Counted from the stretch's first letter, positions 1 through 10,116 are shown. The stretch: DNA of 64,000 nucleotides from Candidatus Woesebacteria bacterium (GCA_050115675.1 JASFQB010000008.1:10854-74853), one strand, 5' to 3'. Notes: generated by a model not told the origin, from the letters alone. Numbers and translations are program-made.

Positions 1-1
1 A

Positions 2-145
2 ATTAGCGCACTGCAAGACATGTCAAATGTCATTATTACTAACCACAACGCTTATAATACAGCCGAAGCTCTGGAGCGAATTAATCAAACCACTGCAGAC
101 AGTATTGCTAAGTTTTTTGACAAAAAAGAGGTACCTACAGTATGA
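2..145 (+). CDS. C-terminal fragment of a D-isomer-specific 2-hydroxyacid dehydrogenase-like protein (5' end outside window)
   Basis: Frame is open from the window edge to TGA at 143-145. The translation ...NVIITNHNAYNTAEALERINQTTADSIAKFF resembles the C-terminal NVxxTPH...EA..R region of the family. The stop overlaps the next start (ATGA). Confidence 0.45.
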   Translation: MSALQDMSNVIITNHNAYNTAEALERINQTTADSIAKFFDKKEVPTV

Positions 146-780
146 GCAAAGGTAAACTTTACATCCTTCGTCATGGCGAATCAGAATGGAACGCCACTGG
201 CCAATGGACAGGATTAACAAATATTCATATTACAAAAAAAGGCGAGCAAGATGCCGAAAAAATGGGCGAAGCGCTAACCGACGTTCATTTTGATATTGCT
301 TACGTTTCTGAGCAAGTTCGCACACTAGAAACTCTGCAGGCCGTACTAAAAACTCAAGGGCAAACAGATTTGCCATACAAGAAGGCTAGCGCAATCAACG
401 AGCGCGACTACGGCGAATATACGAGCATGAACAAGTGGCAGGTCAAAGATAAAGTAGGCGAAGAAAAATTTAACAGCATTCGCCGCGACTGGGATTGCCC
501 AATTCCTGGCGGAGAAATGCTAAAAGACGTATACGCACGCGCCATACCTTTCTACAAAGAGACGATTGTACCTCAGTTAATTGAGGGTAAAAACGTGCTA
601 ATCGTGGCGCACGGCAACTCAATTCGCGCCCTAATGAAGTACATCGACGAAATTAGCGACAAAGATATTGCCAGCGTAGAAATGATTTTTGGAACCATCC
701 TAACTTACAGCGTAGACGAAGAAGGGCATTGCATTGCCAAAGACGAACAAAAGATAGAGACAGCCCTACCACCGGCATAA
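142..780 (+). CDS. gpmA: 2,3-bisphosphoglycerate-dependent phosphoglycerate mutase (histidine phosphatase family)
   Basis: N-terminal LYILRHGESEWN catalytic motif and later HGNSIRAL motif; 212 aa. Confidence 0.88.
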   Translation: MSKGKLYILRHGESEWNATGQWTGLTNIHITKKGEQDAEKMGEALTDVHFDIAYVSEQVRTLETLQAVLKTQGQTDLPYKKASAINERDYGEYTSMNKWQVKDKVGEEKFNSIRRDWDCPIPGGEMLKDVYARAIPFYKETIVPQLIEGKNVLIVAHGNSIRALMKYIDEISDKDIASVEMIFGTILTYSVDEEGHCIAKDEQKIETALPPA

Positions 781-804
781 AACTGTATTAAAAGTAAAAT
801 TGCA

Positions 805-838
805 AATGCCCCGCTAAACAGCAGGGCATTATGATTTT
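805..838. terminator. Hairpin terminator between convergent genes
   Basis: AATGCCC (805-811) pairs with GGGCATT (824-830), followed by a T-rich run. Confidence 0.55.
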
Positions 839-839
839 G

Positions 840-1208
840 CTAGACTGAAAATGTGAATGTTCGCTCGGTATAATCATCAGCACCAAACAACCAGTATTTA
901 AAACTTACGGTGTTGCCGTTGATTTTATAAAAAGCCACGCAATCGCCTTCTTTTCGTGGAACAAAGCCAAGCGGCATAGCTGGAATAGGCATAACAGTGC
1001 AACTATAAGCACACTCAATAAGCCGAACCCCCGAGTAATCTCGAAGAGTAAATACGAGACATACGGCATCAGAAGGCGCAAAGCCCAAGGACTTACTTGC
1101 ACTAACTCCGACAGGACCAAACGCCCCTAAGTGCTGTAGTAGAGTCAACAAAGCCGGAGCGCTCTCCGGGGTGAGCTGATGATATTCTGGGCTTAGGGTG
1201 GACCTCAT
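840..1208 (-). CDS. Hypothetical protein (orphan, GC-enriched)
   Basis: ORF in track. I prefer the ATG at 1208 because AAGGAG lies 7 nt upstream. No recognisable family. Confidence 0.5.
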   Translation of the reverse strand: MRSTLSPEYHQLTPESAPALLTLLQHLGAFGPVGVSASKSLGFAPSDAVCLVFTLRDYSGVRLIECAYSCTVMPIPAMPLGFVPRKEGDCVAFYKINGNTVSFKYWLFGADDYTERTFTFSV

Positions 1209-1334
1209 CGCAAACTCCTTTGTGCAGTCAGGCAAAACCGACTCATTAGTTATATCATACTTTTCAAAAAATAAAAGCTTTCAGATCAAACTGCTACATG
1301 CGTTATCGCTATTTTTTGTAGTATAATAAACGTA

Positions 1335-3623
1335 ATGATCAGAAAAAAAACAAGAAGACGCGCATCAGTTAAGTCGCCCTATCGAAGACAAAAACCCAGT
1401 TGGGTTAAAGATCACTTTGGCTGGCTATATGGTCGTTTTGAGTGGTTTTTTAAAATGTCAAAACCAAAACAGATTGCATTAATTACAGGAGTTGTTGTTT
1501 TAGTTTTGGCTGTAATTGCAGTTATTACTACAATTGTTTTTGCTTCTACGCTTTCTAGTAAAGAAAATATCATGAACAAAAACAAAACTGGTGTTAGTCT
1601 ACTTGACCGCAACGGCGAGGTGTTTTACGAATTTTATAACGCACACAGCGACACTTATGTACCCCTTAGCGACATTTCGCAATACACCAAAGATGCCCTG
1701 ATTGCCTCTGAAGACAAAGATTTTTATAAACACTCTGGTTTTTCTATTCCAGGGGTGGTGTCGGCAATATTTAAAAATGTGCTTTCCGCTGGCAATTCTG
1801 GAGGTGGTTCGACCATAACCCAACAGCTTGTTAAAAACGCTCTACTAACACAAGACCGCAATATATTTCGTAAATACCAAGAATTTGTTTTAGCGGTAGA
1901 GATTGAACGACGCTACAGTAAAGACGAAATTTTAGAGATGTACTTAAACTCCGTATATTTTGGCGAAGGCGCGTTTGGCATAGAAGACGCTGCAAAAACG
2001 TACTTCGACAAACCAGCCAAAGACTTAAGCGCTGCAGAAGCTAGCATGCTGATAGGCATATTGCCAGCGCCTTCTGCTTATTCTCCGATATCTGGCAATC
2101 CAGAATACGCAAAAGAAAGGCAAGAATACGTGCTTGAACGTATGCAAGACGACGGCTACCTAAGCGAATCTGATGCGGATGCCGCATTTGCTCAAGAGTT
2201 AACTTACAGCTCTTCTGCAGAAGACGCATCCGAATATAAAGCACCACACTTTGCATTAATGGTGCGTGATGAACTAATAGAAAAATACGGAGAGCAAGAA
2301 ATTTCGCATTCGGGCTACAAAGTCAAAACAACCATTAACCTTGAGTGGCAAAAGAAGGCCGAAGAGATTGTAGCAGCTCAAGTAGACAAACTAGCCAGCA
2401 GCAACGTAAGCAACGGCAGCCTGGTTGCCATTGACCCTAAAACTGGTGAAATACTAACCATGGTTGGCAGTAAAGACTACAACGACGAAAGCTTTGGAAA
2501 GCTCAACATGGCCACGGCCGAAAGACAGCCAGGATCATCATTTAAACCAATAGTATATGCCACAGGTATTGAACAGCGCGATATAACCGCAGCAACAATC
2601 TTTGAAGATAAATCAACGGATTTTGGTGGCTACAAACCTCAAAACTACAGTGGTCGTTTTTATGGAGACGTAACAACGCGATACGCGCTAGCTAACTCGC
2701 TAAACATTCCGGCCGTGCTTGCCATGCAAAAAGCTGGAGTTCAAGAGGTAATGGATCAAGCCGAAAAGATGGGCATAACCACACTTACAGACTCGGCCGC
2801 AAACTATGGCCTACCACTTGCACTGGGTAGTGGGCAAGCTAGACTAACCGAGATGACAAACGCCTACGCAACATTTGCAAACAGCGGTAAACTCAACACA
2901 ACGCGCACCATTTTAAGTATTTATGATAAAAACGACAAAGAAATCTACATCAGCGAAGCCAAAAGCAGTAGCGCCATCAGCGAACAGACTTCATACATAA
3001 TATCTTCTATACTGTCTGACAATTCCGCACGCACACCTACATTTGGCTCGAGTTTAACCTTATCTAACGGTCGGCCGGCCGCAGTAAAAACTGGCACAAC
3101 CGAAGATTACCGCGACGCCTGGACGATAGGCTACACGCCAAGCTTGGCAGTGGGTGTGTGGATCGGTAACAATGACAATTCAGCTATGAGTTCAATTGCT
3201 GGATCTTCTGGCTCAGGGCCAATATGGAAGCAATTTATGCAGCAGGCGCTAGCCGGCACAGACTTTGAGCAATTTGTACAGCCTTCTGGCGTTGTTGCGC
3301 TGCAAGTCTGCAAAGGCGAAGAAGCTATAGCTAAAAACGCAGGCGATAACACCTACACAGAGTACTTCCGCGCCACAGGCGTTCCGTCTGCCGAGTGCAA
3401 CGCTGAAACCGTTGAGGAGGAAGAAAATACTGAAAGCACATCTTCGGCTGACTCCGCAACAGACGAAGAAGAAACCGTAGACGAAAGCGTTAACACGGAT
3501 ACAGATACTGATACGAGCACAGATACAGAAACCAGCGACGACACAGACGCAGGGACAAGCACCGACACAGACGCAGACACCGATACTAGCAGCACAGATA
3601 CAGAAACCACGACAAGCCCTTAG
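1335..3623 (+). CDS. Class A penicillin-binding protein (bifunctional glycosyltransferase/transpeptidase, PBP1A type) with acidic Thr/Asp-rich C-terminal tail
   Basis: GT51 motifs EDKDFYKHSGF and GGSTITQQL; transpeptidase SSFKP (SxxK) and KTGTT; N-terminal TM helix; last ~110 aa are a TD/TE low-complexity tail. Confidence 0.9.
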   Translation: MIRKKTRRRASVKSPYRRQKPSWVKDHFGWLYGRFEWFFKMSKPKQIALITGVVVLVLAVIAVITTIVFASTLSSKENIMNKNKTGVSLLDRNGEVFYEFYNAHSDTYVPLSDISQYTKDALIASEDKDFYKHSGFSIPGVVSAIFKNVLSAGNSGGGSTITQQLVKNALLTQDRNIFRKYQEFVLAVEIERRYSKDEILEMYLNSVYFGEGAFGIEDAAKTYFDKPAKDLSAAEASMLIGILPAPSAYSPISGNPEYAKERQEYVLERMQDDGYLSESDADAAFAQELTYSSSAEDASEYKAPHFALMVRDELIEKYGEQEISHSGYKVKTTINLEWQKKAEEIVAAQVDKLASSNVSNGSLVAIDPKTGEILTMVGSKDYNDESFGKLNMATAERQPGSSFKPIVYATGIEQRDITAATIFEDKSTDFGGYKPQNYSGRFYGDVTTRYALANSLNIPAVLAMQKAGVQEVMDQAEKMGITTLTDSAANYGLPLALGSGQARLTEMTNAYATFANSGKLNTTRTILSIYDKNDKEIYISEAKSSSAISEQTSYIISSILSDNSARTPTFGSSLTLSNGRPAAVKTGTTEDYRDAWTIGYTPSLAVGVWIGNNDNSAMSSIAGSSGSGPIWKQFMQQALAGTDFEQFVQPSGVVALQVCKGEEAIAKNAGDNTYTEYFRATGVPSAECNAETVEEEENTESTSSADSATDEEETVDESVNTDTDTDTSTDTETSDDTDAGTSTDTDADTDTSSTDTETTTSP

Positions 3624-3636
3624 GCATATGTATCAA

Positions 3637-3678
3637 AAGCCTCTCAAATCTTGGCACTTGCACTGATTTGAGAGGCTT
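3637..3678. terminator. Bidirectional hairpin terminator
   Basis: Perfect 14-bp stem: AAGCCTCTCAAATC (3637-3650) pairs with GATTTGAGAGGCTT (3665-3678). It lies between convergent genes. Confidence 0.7.
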
Positions 3679-3690
3679 ACACAACAGTTA

Positions 3691-4146
3691 CTACATTGGG
3701 TGATCTGGGGCTCGGCGTGCCTTGCGATCATATTGCCAATCATACAAATTAAAGAGAAGTGAGCACACAACAACAAGAATCAGTACCAAAAGTTGGCTGG
3801 GGTCAACTAAACAGACAACGATAGAAGCTGCGGGCACAAGCGCCATCGTGCAAAACCTCGCCAGGTTTCCACTTGCCGCCCAGATGCTAGAGCGTAGCAC
3901 GGCAAGCATAAACGCTTTACATACAAAATATAGCACGTAAGCGGCAATCGTTGCATACACCATAAGCAACGAAAATATATTAAAGAAGTCTTGCGGAAGC
4001 AAGCTGCACAAAACAAGCGCAGCCATTAAAGCATTTACTGCAAGTGCAAAAAAACGACTAGCTGTTACAACCAACCTAGCCCACTGCACGGCTCCTCCTA
4101 TTGTTTTTATCGAACAAAACCCAGAGCAGTGTAAATAAATTTGCAC
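3691..4146 (-). CDS. Hypothetical polytopic membrane protein
   Basis: 151-aa ORF with several hydrophobic helices; no family recognised. Confidence 0.4.
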   Translation of the reverse strand: MQIYLHCSGFCSIKTIGGAVQWARLVVTASRFFALAVNALMAALVLCSLLPQDFFNIFSLLMVYATIAAYVLYFVCKAFMLAVLRSSIWAASGNLARFCTMALVPAASIVVCLVDPSQLLVLILVVVCSLLFNLYDWQYDRKARRAPDHPM

Positions 4147-4164
4147 AAATTGTCAATATATACG

Positions 4165-4803
4165 CTAAGCTTCGATTTGCATTGCCTTGCCGTCCACAGG
4201 GCTCAAAAAAGTAATGCCATTTTGATCGCAAAAATCCTGCAAGGTGATATACGCTTGCTGCCGGGCGGTCACGTTCCAGTGCCAATCGTGTACAGGAATA
4301 ACGTACTTTGGCTTTAGCTGTAATATCAGTTCGGCCGCCTTAACAAGACACCCCCAGGGAGCTGTGACCGGCAGTATCAAAATGTCTTTGCTTTGCGTAA
4401 AGCCATAGCCATCACCAGGATTGGTAATTTTATCTAAATAATGAAATCCGGTGTTAGCAGGGGTTTTACCTACTGGCTCAACTGGCTCGTGATTTACGGC
4501 AAACATCTTAATATTAGCATTACCCTCTGTTTTAACATTAGAAAAGCCAAGCGCTGTTAGCTTTGAGGCCACATCTGGTATTGTGGTTATTACAACATTA
4601 GGAAACGCCTTGACCAGCTCGTGCAGCAAGGGGATATGACAGTGGTCAGAATGTGCGTGTGTAATGATTATATCGTCAAGAGCATTAAAACTCAAAGGCG
4701 TAAAAAAGCCTGCATCATAGCTAAAATTGCCGGGGTCAAATAGTGCCGTACTACCAGAGTCTTCAACCAATAAGCAAGAGTGTACAAATTTTGTGATTTT
4801 CAT
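4165..4803 (-). CDS. MBL-fold metallo-hydrolase
   Basis: THAHSDH zinc-binding motif (HxHxDH); 212 aa. Lies 2 nt downstream of the response regulator gene. Confidence 0.8.
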   Translation of the reverse strand: MKITKFVHSCLLVEDSGSTALFDPGNFSYDAGFFTPLSFNALDDIIITHAHSDHCHIPLLHELVKAFPNVVITTIPDVASKLTALGFSNVKTEGNANIKMFAVNHEPVEPVGKTPANTGFHYLDKITNPGDGYGFTQSKDILILPVTAPWGCLVKAAELILQLKPKYVIPVHDWHWNVTARQQAYITLQDFCDQNGITFLSPVDGKAMQIEA

Positions 4804-4805
4804 TT

Positions 4806-5183
4806 TTACTCCAATGATTCAATAATTTTTAATAAATCGTTTAAGACAATCTCTGCCTTAATAACATAACCATCCATGTCGTCTCTGACTTCTTGGCTAA
4901 GCTTAGTGCCATCGCCCAGATTAGTAAGAAGCACAATTTTGGCCTTTGTGCAACCATATTCTGGCTTGCGGCGCAAAAGCTTTAGAACTTCAAAGCCATC
5001 TTTTTTTGGCATCATAATATCTAAAAAAACAATATCTGGTTTAAATTTTGGAGCAACCGTTAACGCATCATCGCCATCTACGGCTTCGGCAACTTCAAAA
5101 TGATTATACTCAAAAAACGTACGATACAAATGCCGCAGATCATTGTTGTCTTCAACGAGTAATATCTTGCGTAAACCAGCCAC
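4806..5183 (-). CDS. Single-domain response regulator (receiver only, CheY-like)
   Basis: ILLVEDN..., phospho-acceptor context DIVFLDIMMPKKDG, and a conserved K in YVIKA. At 125 aa there is no output domain. Confidence 0.85.
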   Translation of the reverse strand: MAGLRKILLVEDNNDLRHLYRTFFEYNHFEVAEAVDGDDALTVAPKFKPDIVFLDIMMPKKDGFEVLKLLRRKPEYGCTKAKIVLLTNLGDGTKLSQEVRDDMDGYVIKAEIVLNDLLKIIESLE

Positions 5184-7365
5184 GATCCCTCCTAATTGCT
5201 ACGGGCTCTTGCTTGCGAACCTCTGCTAAGCGTTCATCACTATACACAGGCAACACTACCTTAAAGGTTGAGCCCATTCCTTCTTCTGATTCTACCTTAA
5301 TTGCGCCTTTGTGTCGCTCTACAATAGATTTAGCAATAAACAGACCAAGCCCGGTGCCTGTGCTGCCACTGCTAAGACCGCTTTTTACTCTATAGAACTT
5401 GGTAAACAAATTTGGAAGAGCCTCAATTGGGATGCCAATACCCGTATCGACTACACGAATTTCATAATTGCCATCAATGCGCTGCAAATAAACATCAATT
5501 CTACCTGAAGGGGTATAATTTACAGCATTACTCAAAAGATTATTAAATACTTCATGCAGCGCTGTAGCGTCACCGATAACGTATTCACCGCTAGTATTAC
5601 AATGACAGGTAAGAATCAAGTTTTTGCCTTCAGCCATAAAGCGCGCGTCGTTAATTGATTCATCTACAACCTTAGCAATGTCAACTCTACCCAACTCAAG
5701 AGCAAGAGTGCCACGCTCTATCCTGGTTACATCAAGCAAATTATTAATCAGACCACCAAGTTCTGAAGTGCTTTTTAAAGCCTGGTGTAAATATTTTTTC
5801 ATTTCAGCATTAATTTGATTTTTTTCTTTGTAGGTCATTAGTTCTAGATAGCCACGTATAGCTGCAAGGGGAGTTCGAAGTTCGTGCGCCGCCATAGAAA
5901 CAAAATCTATCTTCATGTTTTCTAGCTCACGACTCTTGGTTTGATCATGAATAGTAATAATTGACTGCGAAGCAAATTCAGCATCGTTAATACCGCGCAG
6001 ATGAACAACGACCAGTTTTACATAATGCACAATTCCTAAAGAGTTTTTATATTGCAAATCAGAGTATTCCCCTGGCTCGGCAAAATTAATATCTACAGGC
6101 TGCAAATCTCTTAGCCACTCAAAAACATCTTGCATTTTTTGCCCAACAACGTTGTCTACTGGCAGCCCAGTTAAAGTAGCAACACTGCTATTTGCAGATA
6201 TTATTTTTCCATCAGGATTTACCGCCAATATGGTTTCTTCCGTGCTGTTTAAAATTATCTCTAGCCGTTTTCGTTCAGACTCAATGCTCTGCACAAACTC
6301 ACTCAAGCTAGCACCCATCGTATTTACACTGCTGGCTAGTGTTCCAATTTCGTCGTTGCGATCAACATTAGTACGAGCCGAAAAATCTCCACGACCAATT
6401 TTTTCGGCGATGCGAGCGATGTTTAATATTGGTCCAGTAAAAAACTGCGCCATAAATAATGCCGCAACTACAATTACAGCTGCAGACAAAAAGACCACGG
6501 ATATTAAACCATCGCGCATTTGGTTCACGGGTGCCGTTGCTTCTGATTTATCTATTTTTACAGCCACAACCCAATCTGCAAAGCTAATTAGACGAGTGGC
6601 TTCTATTACTTCGACGTCGCGATAGTCTTTTTCTTTTTGGTAGGTCGTACCATCCGACGCAAACAGGTCTAAACTATTAACGTTAACCTTTAGAGCAGCA
6701 TCTGTATTGAATCTTAGCGGAAACAAACTTACAGAGTTTCCGGCAATGTCTTTAGCCGCAACAATGGTTTCTCCGGTATTGCCCAACCCTGTATAGTCTT
6801 GCACGGCAGCTATTAGATCGTCTGCCCTAAATATCACGGTCAATATGCCAGATTCTTGCTTATTGACATTGATTTTAGTGCTTATATAAAGCTTATTTAT
6901 GCCGTCTTTAGCGTCTTCACGTATAAAAAATACCGTGCTTTTGCCACTTGGCATACTATACTCTTGCTCAGATAGCCTAACTTCTTGTCCGCTGCTTAAG
7001 GTTGAGGCAATTACCGTCCCGTCCAACTTAGCAACATAAACAGCCTGAATGTCTGTAACTTCAATTTTTTTAGCAAAAACTATATCATACAAATCTTTTG
7101 CGCTTGAGCTACTATCTGACTCGAGATAACTGCCCAACGCACTCTGCAAGTCAAAGCGATTAGATAACTTAATAACTTCTTCTTGCTTTTTTTGAAGTAT
7201 GCTAGATATTTTTTGTTCTTGCTTACTAACGGCCGAGGTTAATTGGTTATAGGTATTATTGTTAAGTTCGCTACTAATGGTAACGTAAGCAATAATGCTC
7301 ACAAGCAAGGTCGGCAATAGACCGATAGTCAGCATTAGTACCGTTAGCTTACGACGTATGTTCAC
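5152..7365 (-). CDS. Sensor histidine kinase (extracytoplasmic sensor domain, HAMP, PAS, HisKA, HATPase_c)
   Basis: Two TM segments flank a ~260-aa external domain. H-box SMAAHELRTPL; N/G boxes LLSNAVNYT and GTGLGLFIAKSIVERHKG. Confidence 0.85.
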   Translation of the reverse strand: MNIRRKLTVLMLTIGLLPTLLVSIIAYVTISSELNNNTYNQLTSAVSKQEQKISSILQKKQEEVIKLSNRFDLQSALGSYLESDSSSSAKDLYDIVFAKKIEVTDIQAVYVAKLDGTVIASTLSSGQEVRLSEQEYSMPSGKSTVFFIREDAKDGINKLYISTKINVNKQESGILTVIFRADDLIAAVQDYTGLGNTGETIVAAKDIAGNSVSLFPLRFNTDAALKVNVNSLDLFASDGTTYQKEKDYRDVEVIEATRLISFADWVVAVKIDKSEATAPVNQMRDGLISVVFLSAAVIVVAALFMAQFFTGPILNIARIAEKIGRGDFSARTNVDRNDEIGTLASSVNTMGASLSEFVQSIESERKRLEIILNSTEETILAVNPDGKIISANSSVATLTGLPVDNVVGQKMQDVFEWLRDLQPVDINFAEPGEYSDLQYKNSLGIVHYVKLVVVHLRGINDAEFASQSIITIHDQTKSRELENMKIDFVSMAAHELRTPLAAIRGYLELMTYKEKNQINAEMKKYLHQALKSTSELGGLINNLLDVTRIERGTLALELGRVDIAKVVDESINDARFMAEGKNLILTCHCNTSGEYVIGDATALHEVFNNLLSNAVNYTPSGRIDVYLQRIDGNYEIRVVDTGIGIPIEALPNLFTKFYRVKSGLSSGSTGTGLGLFIAKSIVERHKGAIKVESEEGMGSTFKVVLPVYSDERLAEVRKQEPVAIRRDRGWFTQDITR

Positions 7366-7377
7366 GCTTTTTACTCA

Positions 7378-8589
7378 CTACTCAACCAGTTCAAAGGCCC
7401 CATCTTTTACCTGAAATAGGTCATATTTGTAGTTATCGTTAAAGACTTCGTCACCGTTATCATCGAACTGTATATAGGCTGAAACTCCATCAAAAGATAT
7501 ACTTGGTAGTATGTCTTTTATTCCTTCTCCTGTGATGGCACCCTGCTGAGTGGCTAGCTGCAAGACATGTATTACATCATATGCCTGAGCGGCAGCGTAA
7601 AGCTGTTCGTTTTTTTGGTATTCGTTAAACAACGCTTGCTTAAATTCCTTGTTGCCGGTAGGGAAGGTAGAGACAATTGTGCCCTCGGCAGATTCTGGAT
7701 CGTTGGTGATAATAGTATTATCATATAATATATCTGCCCCAAAAAATGGCACGGTCATGCCTTTTTCGCGGGCGATCTTCATAACTGCGGTGGCAGTAAC
7801 TACAGAGTTTGGTGCAATAAATAGCGCTTCTGGATTGGCTTTCTTTAACTCATCGATTTGCTGATCAAGGTTAATAATGTCAGACTCAGCCGAAGCTGTC
7901 GCTACAACCTTACCACCCAAAGCTTCAAATTGCTCTCGAAAAACAGTATTCATACCACTGCCGTAGGGTTCATTTGTATAAAACACCGCTACATCTCTAA
8001 TGCCTCGATCGTAAATTGCTTGGGCCATAAACCGCCCCTGATAATTATCTGAGGGGATTACCCTAAAAAAGTAGTCATCTGGAATACTTAGCGTTGGACT
8101 CGATGCAGAAGGGCTAATTATTACAACTTTGGCATTATTCGCAGCAGGCAAAGCGGCGACTGTTGCGCTTGAACAACCCTCACCAATAATCGCGACCACT
8201 CCTTGATTTATAAGCTCCTTTACCGCTTCGGCTGCAACCTTTGGATCACATTTTGAGTCCATCTGGATAATCTCAATATTGTCTGCGGCAAGCTGCTCCT
8301 TGGCAAGCAAAACACCTTTCATAGCGCCGTAGCCCATATTGCTAGATCCGCCACTAAAGGCCATCATAACGCCAACTTTGATTTTAGCCGCTGGACGAGC
8401 AGCATTTTGCATAACAAAAAACACCGAAACGCCGATAACAATCGCAGCAACAACAACCATTATGGCAATCAATAACGGGCCTCTTTTTGAGCCGCGCTGA
8501 GGTTTTTCGTTTACAGGTATTGTTGCAGGAGCTGGGGTCTGCGTTGATAGTTCTACATTATTGTCTTGATCTAAGATCACAAGTGACAC
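7378..8589 (-). CDS. Type-1 periplasmic-binding-fold substrate-binding protein (Leu/Ile/Val-binding-like), membrane anchored
   Basis: N-terminal TM anchor followed by a LivJ-like pattern (KIKVGVMMAFSGGSSNMGYG..., CDPKVAAEAVKELI). No adjacent permease or ATPase. A GTG at 8580 with AGGAG 8 nt upstream is an alternative start. Confidence 0.75.
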   Translation of the reverse strand: MSLVILDQDNNVELSTQTPAPATIPVNEKPQRGSKRGPLLIAIMVVVAAIVIGVSVFFVMQNAARPAAKIKVGVMMAFSGGSSNMGYGAMKGVLLAKEQLAADNIEIIQMDSKCDPKVAAEAVKELINQGVVAIIGEGCSSATVAALPAANNAKVVIISPSASSPTLSIPDDYFFRVIPSDNYQGRFMAQAIYDRGIRDVAVFYTNEPYGSGMNTVFREQFEALGGKVVATASAESDIINLDQQIDELKKANPEALFIAPNSVVTATAVMKIAREKGMTVPFFGADILYDNTIITNDPESAEGTIVSTFPTGNKEFKQALFNEYQKNEQLYAAAQAYDVIHVLQLATQQGAITGEGIKDILPSISFDGVSAYIQFDDNGDEVFNDNYKYDLFQVKDGAFELVE

Positions 8590-8749
8590 TCCTAAACGAT
8601 TACGCTTATTTGCTACTTAAATTATCTCCTTATTTATCGCATAAATCAAGAATTCAACAAACATAAACCCCGCCATAAAAACAGCGGAGCAAAAGAAAGG
8701 CGACAATAGCTTACGCACTTCTTGGACTAAAAATTAATGTCAAGCTTGA

Positions 8750-10057
8750 TCATACTTCGTTTTCTAGAATATTCTTGGTTTCAATTTTATACAGATCAAC
8801 GTTTGGTTGATCAAAAGCATTCACATTCATAAGTTGAGCAAGGTACATAACTTCAATCATTTTAAATTGCAAGTACGCGCCTAAATCATGAGCATTAATT
8901 TCGTCTAGCGCAACATGCACATATGGCAAATTCGCCTTTTGATAGGCCGCCATAGTACCATCCAGAATAGCATGCATAATTTCTTGAGCAGACTTTTGAT
9001 TAATCATTGGAGTGATTTGTGGCAGCAATCTTTCTGCAGGAACGTCCAAATGCGTCTCATCATCTACACTCACAAAAGTAGTAAATTTATCTTTTGGCCC
9101 ACCTAAATAAAGTTGTCCTACGGAATGCAAATCCGTCGACCCAATGCTAACAATAGGAGTAATACCAACATAGACATCTTGATCGCTTAGATCTTTTTGC
9201 TTGCCAATACTTTCTGCAATAAGCTGTCTATACCATTTACCAACAGACTCAAGTCTTGGGCTAAAAATAAAATTGTCGTTTATGGATTTTGACTGCAGGC
9301 GATAATAATTAAGCAGGCAAGCAGACGTCATTGCTACACAATGCTCGCCATCTGCCAAACATTTATCGCGCATTTCTAAAGCACCCTGCAGCAGCTCAAC
9401 CGTATCTATTCCAACAGTCTCAAGAGGAAAGAGTCCTGCCGCAGAAAAAACAGAATAACGGCCGCCAACATACCTTGGAATACTTAAGCGATCAATATTT
9501 TTTTGCTGCGCAGCCCGCCAAAGCTCAGAGTCATCATCTGTTATAACCACCACCCTTTGCAAAGATTGCTCACCAAATCTGCCAGTTAAAGCGTGTGTAA
9601 CAATCTCAAAATTTGCAATTGTTTCTGTTGTACCACCAGACTTACTAATAACGCTGACTAAAACTTGATCTGGCAATTCTAGCTTGCCAATCATCTTTAC
9701 AATTGCCTGCAAAAAATCCGCATCTACAGTTTCGACAAAAATTAGTTTTGGGTACTGCACAGACTCTATCACATCATCGTAGCCTAGTAATGCATCATAT
9801 ATTGCTTTCGCGCCAAGGTTCGAGCCGCCAATGCCAACTACGATATGGTATTTTAGCCGAGGGGTAACCTTTTTAACCGCAAGCTGCTGAACTTCTACTA
9901 AAAGCCTGGCATCCACAGGCAAGTTTATTGAGGCCTCGCTCTGGCTATATCCGCCTTCGGATACAACGTGGTTTAGCCTTACAAGATAATTTTTTAGACC
10001 TGCTCGCATTGCTGCAATTTTTTCATCTAACGCAGAATTGTAATGCAAATGTATCAT
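8750..10057 (-). CDS. pgi: Glucose-6-phosphate isomerase
   Basis: SIS-domain motifs GIGGSNLG and SKSGGTTET; 435 aa. Confidence 0.88.
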   Translation of the reverse strand: MIHLHYNSALDEKIAAMRAGLKNYLVRLNHVVSEGGYSQSEASINLPVDARLLVEVQQLAVKKVTPRLKYHIVVGIGGSNLGAKAIYDALLGYDDVIESVQYPKLIFVETVDADFLQAIVKMIGKLELPDQVLVSVISKSGGTTETIANFEIVTHALTGRFGEQSLQRVVVITDDDSELWRAAQQKNIDRLSIPRYVGGRYSVFSAAGLFPLETVGIDTVELLQGALEMRDKCLADGEHCVAMTSACLLNYYRLQSKSINDNFIFSPRLESVGKWYRQLIAESIGKQKDLSDQDVYVGITPIVSIGSTDLHSVGQLYLGGPKDKFTTFVSVDDETHLDVPAERLLPQITPMINQKSAQEIMHAILDGTMAAYQKANLPYVHVALDEINAHDLGAYLQFKMIEVMYLAQLMNVNAFDQPNVDLYKIETKNILENEV

Positions 10058-10116
10058 AGCTAAATTATACTAGATTTTTTAATGACGGCACGGTTATTAT
10101 ATCGTGCCGTCATAAG

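Noticed and set aside
3353-3610. 85-aa VSVSV-rich ORF antisense to the PBP tail. I also asked whether the TD-codon repeats are a CRISPR or tandem-repeat array.
   Set aside because: The antisense ORF is an artefact of low-complexity coding repeats. The repeats are irregular codon-level repeats inside a continuous ORF, with no unit-spacer periodicity.
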